Shown here: positions 1-14,000 of the stretch, in pieces
Layout: each line of letters begins with the position of its first letter
How positions within the stretch are numbered: the stretch's first letter is position 1
The notes under the pieces: model-generated
Told to the model about the DNA's origin: nothing
Database searches by the model: none
What the model saw: the letters and a program-made list of their open reading frames with translations, nothing else
Assembly (NCBI GenBank): GCA_003344405.1
Contig: NOWV01000224.1
Coordinates: forward strand, 62,001-110,500
Direction of reading: 5' to 3'
Length of the DNA stretch: 48,500 nt
From: Trichoplax sp. H2
Lineage: Eukaryota
Position numbers and translations under genes: made by a program

Positions 1-195
1 ATCGTCAGCGCGTTGTTTGGCTTCTTCGACTGCTTTCTCCAGTAAATGTTGGTATTCAGGCATTTTACATGCAGCCAAAATGAGCGAAGGATTGGTAGTT
101 GAATCTTTAGGTGAATACTTGCCAATCGATTCGAAATCGCCAGTATCTGCTACCACGTAGGTATAGCCTTTGATTTGTTCTAAAGCTGAGCTCAT
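1..195 (-). CDS. TALDO1: Transaldolase, first coding exon (partial; runs off window)
   Basis: Manual translation from ATG at 195: [65 protein letters not shown]. Contains the transaldolase motifs VVADTGD and [10 protein letters not shown]. Not in the ORF track. Confidence 0.95.
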   Translation of the reverse strand, partial: MSSALEQIKGYTYVVADTGDFESIGKYSPKDSTTNPSLILAACKMPEYQHLLEKAVEEAKQRADD

Positions 196-435
196 TTTCT
201 TTCTGTGTGGTAATAGCTTGAAATGGATTCTTACCCTTACAAGATTGGAATGTAGTTAAGGTCAAGATGACGACGAGAAACGACGAGCTGGCAAGCTTGC
301 AAAGTTCAGTCCAAGCAGAAGTTTTCTCTCCACCTTCTGAACAGCAAATCAATATACAAGCCCATACTAAAATACTATCGTCACCGTGGGGCTACAGCGC
401 ATAGTCGTCCTTTTGCGCTTGCCCAGTCAGTCAGC

Positions 436-1650
436 TCATGGTCCAGGCACCGACCAGTACCATGGTACTGGTTGTTCGTCTTTTACTACACTACAGTACA
501 CTGTGACCAGCTGACCATGGTGTCCAGGCACCGACCAGTACCATGGCATTAGCCATGACACCTTTTATGCGTCTTTTACCACTTAGTCTACTCTACTCTG
601 TGACCGGCTGACCACGGTACACCGACCAGTGTCATGGCATTGGCCATGACACCTTTTATGCGTCTTTGACTACCCTATCTTGTGACCATCTGACCATGGT
701 ACACCGACCAGTACCATGGTATTGGCCATGACACCTTTTATGCGTCTTTGACTACTTTACTCTGTGACCGGCTGACCCCAGTACCATGCCATTGGCCATG
801 ACACCTTTTATGCGTCCTTGACTACTCTACTCTGTAACCGGCTGACCAGTGACCATGGTGACCAGTACCATGCCATTGGCCATGACACCTTTTATGCGTC
901 TTTGACTACTCTATCCTGTGACCATCTGACCATGGTACACCGACCAGTACCTTGGCATTGGACATGACACCTTTTATGCGTCTTTGACTACTTTACTCTG
1001 TGACCGGCTGACCAGTACCATGCCATTGGCCATGACACCTTTTATGCGTCTTTGACTATTCTACTCTGTAACCGGCTGACCATGGTGACCAGTACCATGC
1101 CATTGGCCATGACACCTTTTATGCGTCTTTGACTACTCTACTCTGTGACCGGCTGACCATGGTGACCAGTACCATGCCATTGGCCATGACACCTTTTATG
1201 CGTCTTTGACTAATCTATCCTGTGACCGGCTGACCATGGTGACCAGTCCATGCCATTGGCCATGACACCTTTTATGCGTCTTTGACTACTCTATCCTGTG
1301 ACCATCTGACATGGTACACCGACCAGTACTATGCCATTGGCCATGACACCTTTTATGCGTCTTTGACTACTCTACTCTGTGACCGGCTGACCATGGTGAC
1401 CAGTACCATGCCATTGGCCATGACACCTTTTATGCGTCTTTGACTACTTTACTCTGTGACCGGCTGACCATGGTGACCAGTACTATGCCATTGGCCATGA
1501 CACCTTTTATGCGTCTTTGACTACTCTACTCTGTGACCGGCTGACCATGGTGACCAGTACCATGCCATTGGCCATGACACCTTTTATGCGTCTTTGACTA
1601 CTCTATCCTGTGACCAGCTGACCATGGTGACCAATGTCAGGTCGTCACTG
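436..1650. repeat. Tandem minisatellite, ~77-bp unit, about 15 copies
   Basis: Unit ccagtaccatgccattggccatgacaccttttatgcgtctttgactactctactctgtgaccggctgaccatggtga recurs (e.g. 1089 and 1166, period 77) with small indels. Confidence 0.95.
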
Positions 1651-2356
1651 ACCATTGTACCAAGATGAGAGGTCATTTTTGTTGATTTTACTCAGGCGCT
1701 TTTCGCTTGCTGGCCCACTGTAGGTGACAGTATGAGATTTTGCTTGTTGACCACCATCCGGTTGAAATGGCCTCCATAGGCATAAGTCCACAATGGTCAC
1801 GCCAGGTCAAGAAGCTCCTCGATCAAGTCTGCTGCTGGCCAATTTCCACTCTACATCAATACTAACTACAGTAAACTACCTAGGTCCAATCCATTATCTA
1901 GCTTACTTTTCTTCCCATCATGGCCAAATCAACTCTATAGAAGAAGAGCAATATCTCCCAATCTCTTTTGACATTGTGGATACCGTAAGTGGGCAGTTGG
2001 TTGCTAATGTCAAGTCCAAAGTAAAAGTACGACAGTAGGCGAAATACCACCAGCGACCGTTCCACTAGTAATAGTTGATTGATTGATTTTATTGGACTAC
2101 TGCCTGAAAATTGGACAGAGTAGAAAATGATTCTACATAGTAAAGTACAACGGGACTGTAATATGCTAAACATACAATTCAGCAATGGTCATTGAATGGT
2201 CAGTAAACCCTGACGTAATGTGTTGCAAAAAAAAAAAAGTAATGGTCACGTTACGTTGCCATAGTAAAGCACTTAAAAGGTGAAGAGTTTGAGTGATCCA
2301 CTAACAGTAACTCGCCTTGTATCCTGGAAGTAGTTTAGTTTTGAAAGGGGGGGGGG

Positions 2357-3772
2357 AAATTAAAAATTTCTTTGCAATGCCTGCACTACTGCAGCAGCAT
2401 TTAAATTAGACACCTTCATGATACAAAAAGGATGGATTGGTAACTTTACTTTTTATTTTAAGATAAAATTGGACTTATGGAAATTAAAAACTTCTTTGCA
2501 ATGCCTGCAATACTGCAGCATTTGAATTAAACACCTTCATGACACAAATAGGATGGACTTTGAAAATTAAAAACTTCTTTGCAATGCCTGCAATACTGCA
2601 GCATTTGAATTAAACACCTTTATGACACAAATAGGATGGACTTTGAAAATTAAAAACTTCTTTACAATGCCTGCAATACTGCAGCATTTAAATTAGACAC
2701 CTTCATGATACAAAAAGGATGGATTGGTAACCTTATTCTTTATTTTAAGATAAAATTGGATCTATAGAAATTAAAAACTTCTTCGTAATGCCTGCACTAC
2801 TGCAGCATTTGAATTAGACACCTTCATGACACAGATAGGATGGATTTAGAAAATTAAAAACTTCTTTGCAATGCCTGCAATACTGAAGCATTTGAATTAG
2901 ATACCTTCATGACACAAAAAGGATGGATTCGCAACTTTACTTTTCATTTTAAGATAAAATTGGATCTATAGAAATTAAAAACTTCTTCGTAATGCCTGCA
3001 CTACTGCAGCATTTGAATTAGACACCTTTATGACACAAATAGGATGCATTTAGAAAATTAAAAACTTCTTTGCAATGCCTGCAATACTGCAGCATTTGAA
3101 TTAGACACCTTCATGATACAAATAGGATGCATTTAGAAATTAAAAACTTCTTTGCAATGCCTGTAATACTGAAGCATTTGAATTAGACACCTTCATGACA
3201 CAAATAGGATGGATTTAGAAAATTAAAAACTTCTTTGCAATGCCTGTAATACTGCAGCATTTGAATTAGACACCTTCATGACACAAATAAGATGCATTTA
3301 GAAATTAAAAACTTCTTTGCAATGCCTGTAATACTGAAGCATTTGAATTAGACACTTTCATGACACAAATAGGATGCATTTAGAAATTAAAAACTTCTTT
3401 GCAATGCCTGTAATACTGAAGCATTTGAATTAGACACCTTCATGACACAAATAGGATGGATTTAGAAATTAAAAACTTCTTTGCAATGCCTGCAATACTG
3501 AAGCATTTGAATTAGACACCTTCATGACACAAAAAGGATGGATTCGCAACTTTACTTTTCATTTTAAGATAAAATTGGATCTATAGAAATTAAAAACTTC
3601 TTCGTAATGCCTGCACTACTGCAGCATTTGAATTAGACACCTTTATGACACAAATAGGATGGATTTAGAAAATTAAAAACTTCTTTGCAATGCCTGCAAT
3701 ACTGCAGCATTTGAATTCGACACCTTCATGACACAAAAAGGATGGATTCGTAACTTTATTTTAAGATAAAAT
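2357..3772. repeat. Tandem minisatellite, ~82-bp unit with interspersed ~120-bp long variant
   Basis: gaaattaaaaacttctttgcaatgcctgcaatactgcagcatttgaattagacaccttcatgacacaaataggatggattta repeats (e.g. 3301, 3383). Some units carry an extra ...aactttacttttcattttaagataaaattggatctata segment. Confidence 0.95.
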
Positions 3773-4894
3773 TTCACTACAATTGACGATAGAAGAATAC
3801 AACAAATCACACCGTTAGTATATTAGTAGTTATACATCACCATACTACTGTAGAGCTGCACATGTGAGCCATCCAAGGCTACGCATCGTTCTACGCGAAC
3901 GGTAAAGTCCTCCTAGACATTATACAACATTGTTGGATTAATTGTACAAATAGCAGCTTTCTATGTTACATTTTAATTTCACAAAGTCATCTCCACAGTC
4001 CTTACTATACACCCTCTGTTGAAGGTAGCCCTATCCAAAATAATCCCAAAGAGTTCAATCGGGAGATCGTGCCGGCCATATCATATTGGCTAGTGGCGAT
4101 TGACCGATCCAGCCATTAGGAAATGAACATCGAAATAGTCTACTACATTGAATTTCTGTGATGATACACTCCAAAAATGGCTGTAACTACTGCACGTTGA
4201 TGAGCTGCTGGTTTTATTAATTCGATAAAATAAATTTATTAAATAAATATTATAGATTTCAAATTTAGATTCATTTAGATTCGCATGCATAACAATTGAA
4301 CCACTTCAAGCTATTGATAGATCAGAATCTTAGGGCTAGTCAGGCTGAAATTAGAGTCATCGATATCAATGCGGTTAATGACATTAATACTCGTTCACCT
4401 TTTCATTACCTATCGTATACAATAATTACAATCGAATTTCATCAATGCAATCCATCAGGAAGGTATTCGGTAACTAGGAACTTTTGAACAAAGTTCAAGA
4501 ATGCTATGATGACTTGACTTTAGTAGGCGATGAAACATTCGTCTCTTCTCGACGCTGCACTCATTTTTCTAGTTTCATTACTTTATGGACTGCACACTTT
4601 TAAGCAAGTTCTAATATAGGATTTCAAATTCTGTTTTGTCCAACAGAAATCTTGATAGCCACTCAGATTGGACGAGAAAGGTATTCGTTCCTTAAATGCT
4701 CATACATCACTCCTGTAAACTTTGGGATTCAATGCTACTTTTCAGAGTAGCATTGAGATCGCACTATATCAGCGGTACTTTTGCAACAAAAATCATCGAC
4801 GACGAACAGTTAATTGGGCTGCAGTGATAGCAGTAGCTTATTTAAATTGCAGTGCCACTGGCTTCTTGTCACGGTAGCTCATTCCATCTTGAAA

Positions 4895-6240
4895 ATGTCT
4901 GGTCTGTCGCATTGGTACGAGTATAGGCGACTTCATTTTCCCTTTAGTAATGAATACCTACTTACGGTAGAATTGAATTCTTTTCTCAATTCTAATGCAG
5001 ATCAGCAATTCTACGACTGGTCTGTCGCATTTGCATAGGCAACTTTGCTTGGCGTCTTCACTTTCCCTTCAGTAATGAATACCTACTTACGATAGAATTG
5101 AATTCTTTTCTCAATTCTAATGCAGATGCAACATCTCTTGCCTATCATCGACGCAGATCAGCAATTCTACGACTGGTCTGTCGCATTTGCATAGCCAACT
5201 TTGCTTGGCGTCTTCACTTTCCCTTCAGTAATGAATACCTACTTAGAATTGAATTGTATTCTCAATTGTAATTTCGATGCCATTTCTCTTGCCTATCATC
5301 GACGCAGATCAGGAATTTTGCGATTCGTCTGTCGCGTTTGGATAGGCAAGTTTGTTTGGCGTCTTCATTTTCCCTTCAGTAATGAACACCTACTTACTGT
5401 ACTGTATATAGAATTGAATTGTATTCTCAATTGTAATTTCGATGCCATTGCTCTTGCCTATCATCGACGCAGATCAGGAATTTTACTTTTGCTTTGAACT
5501 CGTCTGGCGTCTTCATTTTCCCTTTAGTAATGAATATCTACTCATATAGAGTTGAATTGTATTCTCAATTGCAATTTCGACGCCATTTCTCTTGCCTATC
5601 ATCGACGCAGATCAGGAATTGTGGGACTTATCTGTCGCGTTTGGATAGGCAAGTTTGTCAGGCGTCTTCATTTTCCCTTCAGTAATGAATATCTACTCAC
5701 ATAGAGTTGAATTGTATTCTCAATTGTAATTTCGATGCCATTTCTCTTGCCTATCATCGACGCAGATCAGGAATTTTGCGACTCGTCTGTCGCGTTTGAA
5801 TAGGCAAGTTTATCTGGCGTCTTCATTTTCCCTTCAGTAATGAAAATCTACTTATAAAGAGTTGAATTGTATTCTCAATTGCAATTTCGACGCCATTTCT
5901 CTTGCCTATCATCGACGCAGATCAGGAATTGTGGGACTTATCTGTCGCGTTTGGATAGGCAAGTTTGTCTGGCGTCTTCATTTTCCCTTCAGTAATGAAA
6001 ACCTACTTATAAAGAGTTGAATTGTATTCTCAATTGCAATTTCGACGCCATTTCTCTTGCCAACCATGGACGCAGATCAGGAATTGTGGGGCTCATCTGT
6101 CGCGTTTGAATAGGCAAGTTTGTCTGGCGTCTTCATTTTCCCTTCAGTAATGAAAACCTACTTATATAGAGTTAAATTGCTTTCTCAATTGCAATTTCGA
6201 CGCCATTTCTCTTGCCGACGCAGATGAGGAATTTGACGGC
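4895..6240. repeat. Tandem repeat, ~155-bp unit, about 8-9 copies
   Basis: ggcgtcttcattttcccttcagtaatgaa... starts at ~5661, 5816, 5971 and 6126 (period 155). Copies at the 5' end are more degenerate. Confidence 0.95.
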
Positions 6241-6891
6241 TCCGGCATAGAGGCAAAATGGACTCCACAAGTAGCGGTGGTGCATTCCATGTTGAGCGCA
6301 TGCGCTATTGAGGAATCCTCCAGAATTAGCCAGTGGACTGTGGAAACTTGGGCCAACTCTCCAATAGAAGAAATCGACTAATGGCCGCTAGAGCTCAAAG
6401 TGTTGGCAGTGACTATTTAAAGTGAATTCGTGTTGGCATGATGGACAGACAATCCATAAGAGTACTGTAGTCTGTTGCAAGGGAGAAAATTGGAATGAAT
6501 GAACCAAGTGGCAAGGTATAACGGTGCTGTCTATTCTTGTCTACCAGAGTATTGCATCCATCGCTTTGACTGCACTACAGGCCTTGCTGACGGTGTTGAA
6601 GAAAACATTTGCCCAAAGGGGATTTCCAAGTGGTGGAAAAGCCAAAGGATGTTGGCGTAGTGGTTGTTTCTTCCTTCATTGGCGATCAGGTACGCTATTG
6701 CTTTCAATTCACTGTCAGTGTTGACGAGTAGAGCATCCACTGTAAAAGGTCAATCTATCATACTTGACATGTCGAGACGGCAAGAAAAGGCTACCATGGA
6801 GCACTTTGATTTATTTCTCCACTCTTTTTGTGCCTTGATGTGCAACTCGTCCACTGTCCAATCATTACAATCATACTTGTAGTAGATCGAA

Positions 6892-7050
6892 AAGTCCACG
6901 TCATGGGTAGGATTATAGTTTGCAAGTCCATGTCAAGGGTAGGATTATAGTTTGCAAGTCCATGTCATGGATAGGATTGTCGTTGGCAAGTCCATGTCAT
7001 GGATAGGATTGTCGTTGGTAAGTCCATCGCATGGATAGAATTGTCGTTGA
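6892..7050. repeat. Tandem repeat, ~32-bp unit, about 5 copies
   Basis: aagtccatgtcatgg(a/g)taggatt(a/g)t(a/c)gtt(t/g)gc repeated. Confidence 0.85.
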
Positions 7051-8091
7051 ACTAACATGATAGACTAGTGGACTGCTCAAAGAGATTCATTCTTTCTCCA
7101 CTTATCGTCCATTCTCTTCCATCTTACTTTTGACAAAATACTGTAAATGCCCTTGACCATTTTCAACAACAATTTGTTAAAAGGATAACGACTAGTCAAT
7201 GGCATGAGTTCTACTATCCTATAAACAAACGTAATCATCAAAAGTATTTGACAATAAATAAAAGTGGATTGCATTTTTGCTGTCCATTCTGTAATGTCCT
7301 TGACTATTTTCAACAATAATTGCCACACACTCTCTCATTGAAAGCCATCATAGGACATTGGTATTTTCTTTCCTTTCTTCCTTGTTAAAAGGATGATGGC
7401 TAGTCAATGACATTTATTAGACTATCCTATCCTTCATCATTGCTCCTCTACTCAGTACAAATTGCCTGAAAATTGAACACGCCATCATTGAAGTAACTTG
7501 CTCATGCATAACCTGATGCAATATTGGTTATTTGCTGCTTTTTTTATCTGTTTTCTTTGGCTTCCATCCATCAAAACCATGCGAGATGAGAATGCAGGAG
7601 TGTCGCCTGGGTAATAATCTCTTACTATTAGATTAAATCGTCGGCGACCAGCAATGGAATGCAGTGTTATCAACTAATCTTGTATTCTCGACAAATATGG
7701 CCAACATGTTTTTCTGTTCTTGAACCCAGTACCGGCACGGACTGATTGCCAATTTTTTGGATGACAATTCATACACTAATATCCAATGCACCATGCTAAA
7801 TTAATAGGGAGTTGTGCACCATAGGCAGGTAGGTAGGTAATGATGATTTAAATGTAGCAGGTATTGCTCCATAACATCGCAATCCACTACAAATTTCAAT
7901 TTGTTCAAGTTGTATGCTAGAATATCATGTCGAGCTTCGATGAAATCCACACATGCAAGATCTTGCAAATGAAATGATGATCATTCATTAACAATCTCTT
8001 GATAAACTTGACACTGTTAATTGGTTCATTAATGAACAGTAAAAACGAAACCAATTACTCTACTGTAGGACATTGTTGAGATTCCCAAAAT

Positions 8092-8355
8092 AAACAAGTT
8101 TCTGCAGGGGTAAGGAAAGACAAGACTGTCGCTACCAATGTCAACTTGATAGGCGCAGTCTTTGAAAAATATTCACTCTTCAAACAAGTCTCTGCATAGG
8201 TATGGAAAGAAAAGACTGTGGCTATCAATGTCAACTTGATAGGCCCAGACTTTGAAAAATATTGACTCTTTAAACAAGTCTCTGCATGGGTATGGAATGA
8301 AAAGACTGTGGCTACCAATGTCAACTTGATAGGCACAGGCTTTGATAAACACTCA
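8092..8355. repeat. Tandem repeat, 90-bp unit, 3 copies
   Basis: aaacaagtctctgca...gactgtggctaccaatgtcaacttgataggc...tttgaaaaatatt at 8092, 8182 and 8272. Explains the repetitive ORF 8055-8336. Confidence 0.9.
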
Positions 8356-8369
8356 CTATTAAGTTAAGA

Positions 8370-9050
8370 ATCAACGAGCTGATACTAAAAGTTTTGATTT
8401 TAAATTACCAGGATAAGATACTTGTAAACGAATTAATGACTACGATAAGGCTAAAAAGGAATCGTTATACACACCAGTCGTTGACGAGCTGATATTAAAA
8501 GAGCTCGGCTGCGGTAATGAAAGACTACTAGAACTTAACGAGTTCATGCTGCAAGAGTTAGACTTTTTAACGACGACGATAGGATACTCGTACGTCTATC
8601 AATTAGGGCACTACTACTGTAGAAAGTGAAAAGGAACGTGTGGGCACACTAGTAATCAAGAAAGAGTTGGACTACGACGATAGGATACTCGTATGCTCAT
8701 TAATTACTGTACCACTACAAGGTTCAAAAGGAATCGGTGTGCACACCACCAAAATTAATTGCTACTGTAAGGCTAAAATGGAAGGTATGCACACCGGTAA
8801 GGACATAATTAATCAATCAACGATCTGACCATAGGATAATCATATACTAATTCATTACGAATAAGGTTGACATTATAAAAAGAAATCGGTGTGCACACTG
8901 CACATCATCAGCACCAGTCATAATTACTGTATATAATACGATCAACGAGCTGATGCTGCAAAAAGTTCCAATTTTGGAACGACGATAATAGGATACTCTC
9001 TCACACTAATTAATGACTACGATAAGGTTAAAAAGAAATCAATGTACACA
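8370..9050. repeat. Degenerate shuffled repeat region
   Basis: Recurring blocks acgagctgat, gataggatactc, aattaatgactacgataagg and aaaaggaatcg...cacacc with irregular spacing. Confidence 0.6.
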
Positions 9051-11050
9051 CGAGGGATTCTCCACCAGCTGAATAGCACAGGCAAAATCTTGCTACAGAG
9101 AAAATGGGACAATGAGTAAGGCCTGACAATTCCAAATATAACGAGGAAAGCTGTGAGGAGTGTTTAAATGTTTCTCGTGAGATTCAAAATAGAAAAACGA
9201 GGATGCAAGCGAAAGAAATTGAACAATAATTCATATCATCGTGTAATTGAAATCGATATAGACAGTAATAGCATTTTTTCCACTGTGAGTAGTCAATAGA
9301 TCTGTCGATGGCTGCTTCTTGTTGATGGTTTCCAACATTGCATTTCAAAAAATCATGGCTAGTCTTGCTTTCAATTGACAGTTGATCAGTGTCATCGATT
9401 GGATATTGATTATCACTATGCAAACATTTGTTTTCCTTGATTAAAGGGTTATTATAATACAGCATGAGATTTGATAGTGGATATTGACTCACTGTAATCA
9501 AATCACTATCCGACAGGCACGAGTTGATTTCCATTACATGAGAATAGTGTCGGTAAGTAATGATTCGTATGACGAATCGAAAATAAGAAACATTTGTAAA
9601 CCTTATTTTGACTACTCTTCTCTCTTAACAGTACACAACTAGATCAATTATCGTAGTGTATCAATAGCTATTGGATCTTGAGTGATGGCCTATGCAAACT
9701 TGGATGGGGACAACTCCGTCACTTCCAGTACTGCTGTCGATGATGAAAATAGAAGATTTCCAAGACATCAGCAAGATCAAAATGGGTACGAAGATAGAAC
9801 TGCAAGTATTACATGTCTTATACCAGCCATCAGGCAATAGAAATAATCGATAAATATGTACAGTAATGCAGAGTACACCTTAGCCAATAGTGTCTAATTG
9901 ATGGATAGGCTTTATATATTACAGCTTACTGATTTACTTATGTGCCTTGCCAACATCTGCAAAGATGCTACTGAAAATAAATAATATATAATGAATGGAT
10001 GACCATGCGCTGGATTTGTTGTTAACCGTATGGATTCCAAGTTCTGAGAATGTTATCGACTTGACGTAATTTACAGGAGTACTACTGTACAAGTATAAAT
10101 CGATCCGTTGACAGGCTACTTTGCTATTTACTAGACAAGTCAATCAGCTATCTTAGTACACTACTCCAGCAAAACTTTCAATAAATCATTATAATTATGA
10201 TTCACTTGAACCCCTACCAGACAAGACGATTACAAAAATATTCCTTTGCAATGCTCTGATATACGCGTATAGATATATGTAATGGCAGTGCACTAGAATT
10301 CCTTTGCTCTCGAAAATGTAAATAGGGTATTCTTGGCTAAGCCAATGATACTGACGTAAAAAGTATAAAATTATGACAGTATAGTCTACTGTCAATAGAT
10401 TACTTATAACCTATTTGTATCCATATACCATTTAGGTCTTGCAATGTAGTAGAAAGAAAATTAAATCATTCCCTAGGTAAGGTTTGTTTGGTAGCTAGCA
10501 TAGACGTATATTACAACTGAGTTTTTATACATAGTGATTGTCACGTTGATTGTAAATTGAAAATAATTATCCCTCGATCCTTAATCATTACGGAAAGGGA
10601 GATGTATGCTTTCATGGTGTATTACATTGCTAGATTATCTTGTCGATTTGATTGAATTATGCTCTCCAATCTTAATAGACCGAATGATTATTATCAATAG
10701 AATTACTGCAGTAATAATAGTGTATTAATATTCACGTAAAGAACCATTACAGTATTACTCGTATCTACTTTACAATTTAAGAATGCTATCATTCTATCAA
10801 TCGCCAATATACAGTAAATCATTGATTGCTATATGAGTTTAGTTTATCATTAATACTCGTATTACGTTATGTTATAAAAATGATTACAAATTATTGCGTA
10901 TTGCTGCAAAATGTTGGATGGATCGATAAACTTGATTAGCTTATTATATAACCTCAGAATTAACTCAAAGAATACCTTCATTTAGTCATCAATCTGACAT
11001 TCATGTACTGTACTATGACGCTCTACTTACAAACTCTTGATATCTCGTAG

Positions 11051-14000
11051 CGAGAAGAAAAGAATGTAGTCGATTTTTACATGGCATCATTAACAATCTT
11101 CAATCAGAAATAAGTCAAGGCTCCAGCAGTATAAATTATAATCGTAGGAATAGTTTTGACAGGTAAGATCATGAAGAACTTGCCACCGATCTGTGTACTG
11201 GTTGTACATGGGTTTCTAAATCCTATTCATTATATTTCAATACTTAGTACGATCAATTTTTGTGATGATAGTGGTGGACACTCGACGTCAGGGACAAAAG
11301 CTCCTTTATTTAATTCCTCATTTAAACCTTCAACATCATCATTATTTCGACCTTATAATGCCAACTCTTCAATGGTACCCAAAGCAGCTACATTAAATCA
11401 TATCTATACTAAATCTTCAGACTGGCAACATTTCAATCGTCATGAAAGTAATAATCATGACCTTATTAAAGAGACAAAGTCTAAATACCGGTATTTATGC
11501 TGTAGTCAATAATTATTTCCTGTTGTCTATTCTTTGATATATAAAATTGTAAACTTAATTAAGAAAGACAATAGGTCATAATTTCATGCACATTAATAGC
11601 AGTCCAAAGTAGTAATAAAACCATTTTTTGTATAGCCTTTATGCTTCGGTACGTACAATTATTAAGAAAGGAGTATATCGAGATCTTAATGTGTTAATAG
11701 TATCGTATCCCAAAGTAGTAATAAAACCACTTTTTGTATAGCCTTTATGCTTCGGTACATACAATTATTAAAAAAGGAGTACGTCATGATGTTAATGGAT
11801 TAATAGGATCGTATCCCTAAGTAATAACAAATATTTCTTGTAGTTATTGCGCTTCAGTGCATACCATTATTAAGGAAAGAAATACGTCATTACCTAATTT
11901 TATCAATTAATGAATTAATTAATCAATCAATCAATCATGTTTTCTTGGCTAACAACGATTTCCTATAGTCGCTATACATCATTACGTCAAAAATCTTCAA
12001 TATTGTGTGAAACTCGTATTCTTGCTAAATGGACAAATGATATTTGGTATCGAGGTACAAGATACTTATTATGCTACGTGATAGAGTTTATCACTATCAA
12101 TACAACATCAATCCATTATTAGATCATTATTTAAGCACATCAAAAATATAATAATTGTTTTACATACTTACGTCATATAGTTCAATACGACGGTATTACT
12201 CAAACAGAAGCTGGCACGGTAAGATAATCATAATCAACGTTGTCCATTTTCAAAAGAATATTATGATCGTGAAAATAGCCTTATTGAAGAGAATTTTGTA
12301 TTACTTTGTGAACGATTTATTCGTAATTTCGAGTAATAAATTTCAAATATTGTAGCAATTTAAGGTCAGATTCAGTAGAAGTATTAATTATTATGGTGGT
12401 GCTATTATTCTCCCTGGTCATCATGTCGCTTGCGCGTCGCGTGCTGAAGAACTCTTCGTGGGTTGTAGAGGAGTAGGTAAACATGTGCCAAGTAACGACC
12501 TCGGATATTATGTTAATAAAAACTTATTGAATAAATGTAATTGAATGTAAATATTTACCGTTCTAATTTTATAAATTTATCTATCATATTACTATTCTTT
12601 GTAGCCAACTATTCCCAGTGTGGAGTATATTACGGATGTATTATTGTTGAAAAACCTTGCTTCAATAATGGATTTAGGTAATTTAAAAAATGACCTACTA
12701 AGGTAGCTTACTGTGTTTTGATTTCAACTAATTTATTTGTGGTCATTAATGATCGTAAAATAATCAAGGTATTTAGTTTTCTTTGATGATGGCTTCGCTG
12801 AATATTTCCCAGCAAAAGAAATTTACAGAGTTATTGATGCTGAAGGTAAATTACTAACATTTTTTATAATCATGGCATATAAATTGAATGTAAAATCCTT
12901 TATTCATGTGTACTCGATAAATGTATTAGGAAATGATTTCTGGAATGATCTGAAATTTGAGATGCGAGAATTTGTCCATCGATATTTGGAGATATATCCC
13001 AACGTTAGTTGACAGCGGTATAGCTTAGAAGCTTTGGTACCGCAATTAATTTTAACTTACAATTTTCAAAATTGCGCTTCTAAAATTATCATAGATACCC
13101 ATGATTGACTGTAAAATTGGTCAAAAAGTTATTCTAGAGAGGGAAGGAAAATGGTAAGAGTTTCTTTTTCTTATTCAACTTAAATTATGTAGAGCAGTGA
13201 CGCATAAATCATTAAATGTATACTGTAGACTTGTAATTGCATAAGTTTATTTACTGTTAATACAGGTTAAATGCTAAAATTATCGATATCGATGGTAATC
13301 TTCTCAAGGTGCGTAATTCCATAGTCAACTCATATACTCGTATAGCATTAAAATAATTCAATACCATTAGTTAGTATGTAGATTGGAGTCATTAGTTTTT
13401 TTGACGTTATTTAGATAATTTTTGAAAATGACAAGAGAACGGAATGGGTTTATCGTGGCTCTCCTCGACTGAGACCGCTATATGACCAACTCGTAAGAAA
13501 ATGTATAATACGTGTATCACGACGTCACAGATCTGATTATTGAATATTATGTTGTAGTCTCTAGCCTAACATACATAATCTTAATCGTTACACTTTTAAT
13601 TAAGGCACTTTTTTATGAGTTATTTATCAACGCTAATATGATTGTGTTATAACGCTATATTAAAGGTTGAATGTGGCGGAATATACAATCTAGCAAAATG
13701 TATCACTCCCAGCTATCGGAATGGTTCTTATATTTCTCCGAGACAGTTATTATCATCAACCAAATTAACTCGGATTGACCAACGGGATAGAGTGAATAGC
13801 TTTGAAGATGATCACAACGACCTAAAACCAGAGTCTAAAAATAGTAGTAATAGTCTCGAATATCCTAGTCAATGTGACGAGATAGGTACCGGTCAATTCT
13901 ATGTAGACGAACGAGAAATCAAAAGACATAATCCACTAACCATCCCAAAATTATTTGGATGGAAGAGGTAGCCTTTTCTAATCATATCGTGTTATAGGAT

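Noticed and set aside
107..352. 81-aa ORF from the track
   Set aside because: It overlaps the real TALDO1 exon in a different frame and starts at a non-ATG codon.
4729..4756. 11-bp perfect hairpin tcaatgctact/agtagcattga as terminator or ncRNA
   Set aside because: Isolated and short, with no associated gene or U-tract. Plausible by chance.
5201..5685. ORFs within the 155-bp array; likewise 8055-8336 and 25522-25860
   Set aside because: They are by-products of tandem repeats, and reading frames are not maintained over the arrays.
436..6240. Regularly spaced repeats as CRISPR-like arrays
   Set aside because: Units are contiguous near-identical monomers with no unique spacers. No cas genes are present and the context is eukaryotic.
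9184..9534. 116-aa minus-strand ORF
   Set aside because: No recognisable motif or supporting exons. It cannot be called from sequence alone.
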